A stretch of DNA of 63,697 nt, the filler included, from Chiloscyllium plagiosum (Eukaryota), in the NCBI RefSeq assembly GCF_004010195.1. It is 5 parts of one record of this genome, joined end to end, with 100 filler letters (N's around TTAATTAATTAA, not from the genome) between each part and the next. Parts side by side here need not be neighbours in the genome. Positions count along the whole stretch, not along the records: positions 61,726 to 63,697 come from NC_057717.1; 4 more parts are not named here. One strand, 5' to 3'. A program made the translations under genes and the position numbers. Under the pieces are notes generated by a model that saw only the letters and a list, made by a program, of their open reading frames with translations, was not told where the DNA came from and did not search any database. Positions 61,726-63,697 of the stretch are shown here, piece by piece. Position 1 is the first letter of the stretch. Each line of letters starts with the position of its first letter.

Positions 61726-63697
61726 TCCGACTTAATGGCGGTGAGCATCAGTCGGGGGGCGGCAGTGAGGCTCAGGCTGGGGGCAGTGTGTTAGCGGCGG
61801 TGAGGGTCAGGCTGGGGGCGGTGTGTGGATTGCAGTGATGGCCAGGCTGAGGGCGGTGTTGAACGTTGGTGAGATTCAGGCTGGGGGTAGTATGTGGACG
61901 GCGGTGGGGATCAGGCTGGGGGCGGTGTGTGGACATCAGTGAGGTAAAGGCTGCGTGCGAAATTGAATGGCTGTGAGCATCAGTCTGGGGGCGGCAGTGA
62001 GGGTCAGGATGGGAGGGGTTTGCGGATGTTGGTGAGGCTCAGGCTGAGGGCGGTGTTGAACGGTGGTGAGGGTCAGTCTGGGAGAGATTTTGAACGGCGG
62101 TGAGGGTCAGGTTGGGAGCGATTTTGAATGATGGTGAGGGTCAGGCTGGGGGTGGTGTGGTGGCAGTGAGGGACAGGCTGGGGATGATGTGTGGATGGCA
62201 GTGAGGGTCAGGCTGGTGGCAATGTGTTGATAGCAGTGAGTGTCATGCTGGGAGCGATGTTGAACAGCGGTGAGGGTCAGGCTTGGGGCGGTGTTGAACA
62301 ATGGTGAGGATCAGGCTGGGGGTGGTGTGTTGGTGTCAGTGAAGGTCAGGCTGGGGGCAGAGTGTGGATGGCAGTGAGGGTCAGGTTGGGAGCGGCATGT
62401 GGGCGGCGGTGAGGGACAGGTTAGGTGCGTTGTGTGGACAGCAGCGAGGGTCAGGCTGGCGGCGGTGTGTTGACGGTGGTGAGTTTCAGGCTCGGAGCGA
62501 TGTTGAATGGCGGTGAATGTCATGCTGGGGGCGGTGTCTGGACGGTGGTGAGGGTCAGGCTGGGGGCAGTGATGGTCAGGTTGGGAGTGCTGAGTGGACA
62601 GCGTTGAGGTTCAGACTGCGGGTGGTATGTGGACGGCGGTGGTGGCCAGGCTGGAGGCGGTGTGTGGACAGCATTGAGGGTCATGCTGGCGGTGGTGTGT
62701 GGACGGCGGTGAGGGTCGACAGCCTGGGACGGTGTGTGGACGGCGTTGATGGACATGCTGGGGGCGGTGTGTGGACGGCATTGAGGGTCATGCTGGGTGC
62801 GGTGTGTGGACCGCGGTGAGGGTCAGGCTGGGGGTGGCGTGTGGCTGGCTGAGAGAGTCAGGCTGGGGGCAGTGTTTCCACGGTGTTGAGGGTCAGGCTG
62901 GGGACGGTGTGTCCACGGTGGTGAGGGTCAGGCTGGGGGCAGTGTTGAACAGCGGTGAGGATCAGGCTGTGGGCGGTGAGGTTCAGGCTGGGGACGGTGT
63001 TTGGACGGTGGTGTGTGTCAGGCTGGGGGCGGCGTGTGGACGTTGCTGTGGGTCATGCTGCGAGCAGCGGTGAGGTACAGGCTTGGAGCGGTGTTGAACG
63101 CAGTGAGGACCAGGCTGGGGTAGTGATGGTCAGGCTGGAGGCGGCATTGAACAGCGGTGAGGGTCAGGCTGGGAGCAGCGGTGAGGGTCAGGCTTGGAGC
63201 GGTGTTGAATGGCAGTGAGGATCAGGCTCGGGCGGTGAGGGTCAGCCTGGGGGCGGTGTTGAACGTCGGTGAAAGTCAGGCTGAGGGCGGTAAGAATCAG
63301 GCTGGGGGCGGTGATGAACGGCAGTGACAGTCAGGCTGGGGGCAGTGTCTGGATGGCGGTGAGCGTCAGGCTGGGGCGGTGTGAGGATGGCGGTGAGGGT
63401 CAGGCTGGGGGTGGTGTGTGGATTGCAGTGATGATCAGATTGGGGCGGTTTGTGGACGGCGGTGAGGCTCAGGCTGGGGGCGGTGTGTGGACCGCGGTGA
63501 GGGTCAGGTTGGGGGCAGTGTGTGAACGGCGGTGGGGATCAGGCTAGGGGCGGTGAGTGGACATCAGTGAGGTAAAGGCTGGGAGCGATATTGAATGGCT
63601 GTGAGCATCAGGTTGGGGGCGGTGTGTGGAAGGCGGTGAGGCTCAGGCTGGGGGCAGTGTCTGGATGGCGGTGAGCGTCAGGCTGGGGCGGTGTGAG
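61726..63697. repeat. G-rich 34-35 bp minisatellite/satellite array
   Basis: Unit gcggtgagggtcaggctgggggcggtgtgtggacg, with ...gtgttgaacg variant and ~21-bp half units. Confidence 0.97.

Noticed and set aside
62107..63547. Multiple ORFs in the terminal G-rich region
   Set aside because: Stop-poor satellite translations.

Overview
Repeat-dense vertebrate genomic DNA, most likely from a shark or other elasmobranch (inferred from HE1-type V-SINEs, SacSINE/DeuSINE-type SINEs, CR1 LINEs and Penelope-like elements, recognised from memory with no database search). The window is five assembly pieces joined by four artificial 100-bp linkers (44 N + TTAATTAATTAA + 44 N), with many internal N gaps. No intact, recognisable host protein-coding gene is visible; the interpretable ORF-track entries are decayed retroelement frames, low-complexity sequence or N read-through. 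The most notable biology is a Penelope-like element (PLE) system: four RT or GIY-YIG fragments plus about ten short, mostly palindromic insertions of two families, many with minimal hammerhead ribozyme (HHR) cores, 9-15 bp target-site duplications (TSDs) and a one-sided ~33-38 nt tail. One such hairpin marks the breakpoint of both a 770-bp tandem duplication and a >=1.2-kb fold-back palindrome in two copies of an ~11.3-kb segmental repeat. HHRs in PLE terminal repeats are an established phenomenon; what is potentially new is the local evidence for mechanism and rearrangement. Several multi-copy exon-like cassettes of unknown identity and several minisatellites are also present.
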